A stretch of 64,000 nucleotides of DNA from Saccostrea echinata. Lineage: Eukaryota. The notes beneath the pieces were generated by a model that had not been told where the DNA came from, searched no databases, and worked only from the letters and a program-made list of their open reading frames with translations. Where the stretch lies: assembly GCF_033153115.1 (NCBI RefSeq), contig NW_026889803.1, positions 65,162,001 through 65,226,000 on the forward strand, in the 5' to 3' direction. Within the stretch, counting starts at the first letter, position 1. Each line of letters begins with the position of its first letter. Shown in pieces: positions 61,821 to 64,000 of the stretch. The position numbers were made by a program, and so were the translations under genes.

Positions 61821-63832
61821 TTAAAGAGCACTTAGAACTGCCAGAATGTTTTTGGCCGTGTTGGTACTCATAGCAATTCTTGTTTCGGTGGTGTTTGTAC
61901 CCATATGAGGTAGAATCACACAATTGGGTTGTGACAGAAGAGGGTGACCTACAGGAAGTGGTTCCGGGTCAGTGACATCTAATCCGGCGGCGGCAATAGT
62001 TCCATCTTTTAGTGCGTCTGCCAGATCGTCATGGTTTATAATGACACCTCTAGATGTATTAATAAGAATGGAAGTCTTTTTCATTCTTTGGATTAATTTA
62101 GTATCAACCATTCCTTTAGTTACCGCGGTGACGCCACAACAGATACAAAGTATGTCTGCGGAGCTGAACAATGTATCCAGAGACACATAGTCAGCACAGT
62201 TCTCGGCATATTCAACTTCTTCCACGTCGTGATAGATTATACGTTTCACTCCGAAAGGTTTCATTCTTCGTGCTATTCCGAACCCGACCCGTCCAAACCC
62301 AAGGATTCCTATGGTTTTATTAATAAGACCCATACCACACAACCAGAATGGTTTCCAGCAATGGAAGTCATTTTGACGGATGGCGTCAATACCTAAAATA
62401 CATTCACATACACATGTAGATATTTATAAATAATCAAAGTACAAATTGTAATACTACATTTGCAGACTAGGGAAATACTATAGTGTGCGATTTCATAATA
62501 ATGATTAGAAGTTTCACCTTTTATTTTTTTTTTTATCTCTATGTTTGTTAAAGTTTAGTTGAGTGAAAGAACTTTAGCTGTATATATAAAACTTATCTGA
62601 TTAAATAAATCAGTTCAAAAATCTTTCTTTGGAATCTGAAAAAATAATTTTGCAACTTAACTACAGTGGCCTGCGCTTATTAGGTAGGACACGTGTCTTA
62701 TATCGAAATCATATTATAATATACCAGTAGTCCTTTCTCTTTCTTTCAAAAAGCATAATGGTCATAAACTACATGTAAACGGCGCTTCTATTGAGACATG
62801 GAAAGATTGTATGATGTTCTAGTCTTTGACGACATTTCACTAAAACTTCAGTGCAGTTTGCTACATTTTGTATGAATAAATCGAAGAAAAGATTGTTTTC
62901 TATCTCACAGATTTTTTGTATTATGACGCCAATTTTCAAATTATTTTCAGTATTCTACATAGAACTATTACTTTCCTTAATATACTGTACGATGGTAGAA
63001 GACGTTTATCGTGGTATGAGCTTAATTCTACTATACGGTTATCACAAAGATCAGAGAGATGCCGCGGTCATTATTCTCTAATAAACCAAAAACGTCATCA
63101 CAATAATTCCTCCGACGCGGGAATTAGTTCTTAAGTATTACCTTTTTCAGCACATTTTAAAACACAGTGTAAGATTTTAATTTATGGCTGTTATAAGTTA
63201 ATTTTCTGCAGTGAAGTGAGTCATGTGACTGAACCTGATAAATCGGAGTACCCTCGTCATTATAGAAATGAACATATGGAATACTTTGCGAGTGTTTGGT
63301 ATGAATCCCTGACAACTGAATATGTACAGTTTAACCTTGTGCCATTGTATATGACATGATATTTTCGCCTACCTTGGACAATTTTTCGTGATGTCATTAA
63401 TATTAGCGCCACCGCAATGTCTGCGGCTGCGTCTGCTGCGATGTCCGGTGTCTTGCAGACCTCTATCCCACGGCGACAACACTCCGAGACGTCTATGTTA
63501 TCTGTGCCAGCAGACATCGTGGCTACCACCTTCAGACAGGGTCCTGAAAAATATTTATAGAACTGAAAGAAATGCAGTTTCTGTTCAAGAAAGACAAATC
63601 TACTAAGCTTATTGGAAACAAATCTTTGATTACCCGCCGCTTCCAGAACGTCTTTGTCAATGGTGTCGCTGACTGTGCAGAACAAGGCTGCTGCACCCTT
63701 CACGGCCTTTAAAAGTGTTTCTTTTGGAATGGGGTCTTCACTATCCCATAATTCAACTGCACATTTTCCCTTTAAAATCGACAGTGCCTCCTGTCCAACT
63801 TGCCGGGTTATGTAAACTCTGTGTTCAGGCAT
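61821..63832 (-). CDS. GRHPR: Glyoxylate reductase/hydroxypyruvate reductase-like D-2-hydroxyacid dehydrogenase, ~313 aa, 3 exons
   Basis: Exons 63634-63832, 63373-63543, 61821-62392. Motifs VYITR, LKVVATMSAGTDNID, WKPFWLCG.GL, GFGRVG, INTSRG, AGLDVTDPEPL and ILPHMG; the catalytic Arg, Glu and His are retained. It may be a divergent paralogue. Confidence 0.88.
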
Positions 63833-64000
63833 CCTCTTTCATTAAAGCTCTGAGGCGGAATAACTTATCAAGGAACTTAACTCCTGTCTGTCATTTCATG
63901 AATAAAATCGATGTTCCAAAAATGTATGAAAATAATGTTCAAATATAACATATAGTAACATTCTGTGGTTTCTTGTGATCTTTTTGTTTGTTTGTTCGCT

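Overview
This is AT-rich eukaryotic genomic DNA, most likely from an ostreid oyster, judged by ~166-bp Cg170/HindIII-type satellite arrays inside Helentron-type elements and a bivalve SINE fragment. I reconstructed seven protein-coding genes by hand from GT-AG junctions with reading phase checked: XRN1 (-, first 21 coding exons, runs off the left edge), SPCS1 (+, head-to-head with XRN1), a DUF1647-type membrane protein (-), CNTD1 (+, head-to-head with the DUF1647 gene), MTHFR (-), a MYORG-like GH31 glycosidase (+) and a GRHPR-like 2-hydroxyacid dehydrogenase (-). Introns and intergenic DNA are dense with non-autonomous elements: MITEs with 2-, 3-, 5-, 6- and 9-bp TSDs, HINEs, a decayed mariner, and two ~116-bp solo-LTR-like units containing a tRNA-like Pol III cassette. 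The most striking unexplained pattern is that five introns in three genes begin with tandem copies of the preceding exon's 3' end plus its 5' splice site. These range from one decayed copy to a ~1-kb minisatellite. One array is open in the XRN1 reading frame and offers in-frame alternative donors. Gene names come from remembered family motifs, not from database searches, and all coordinates were counted by eye.
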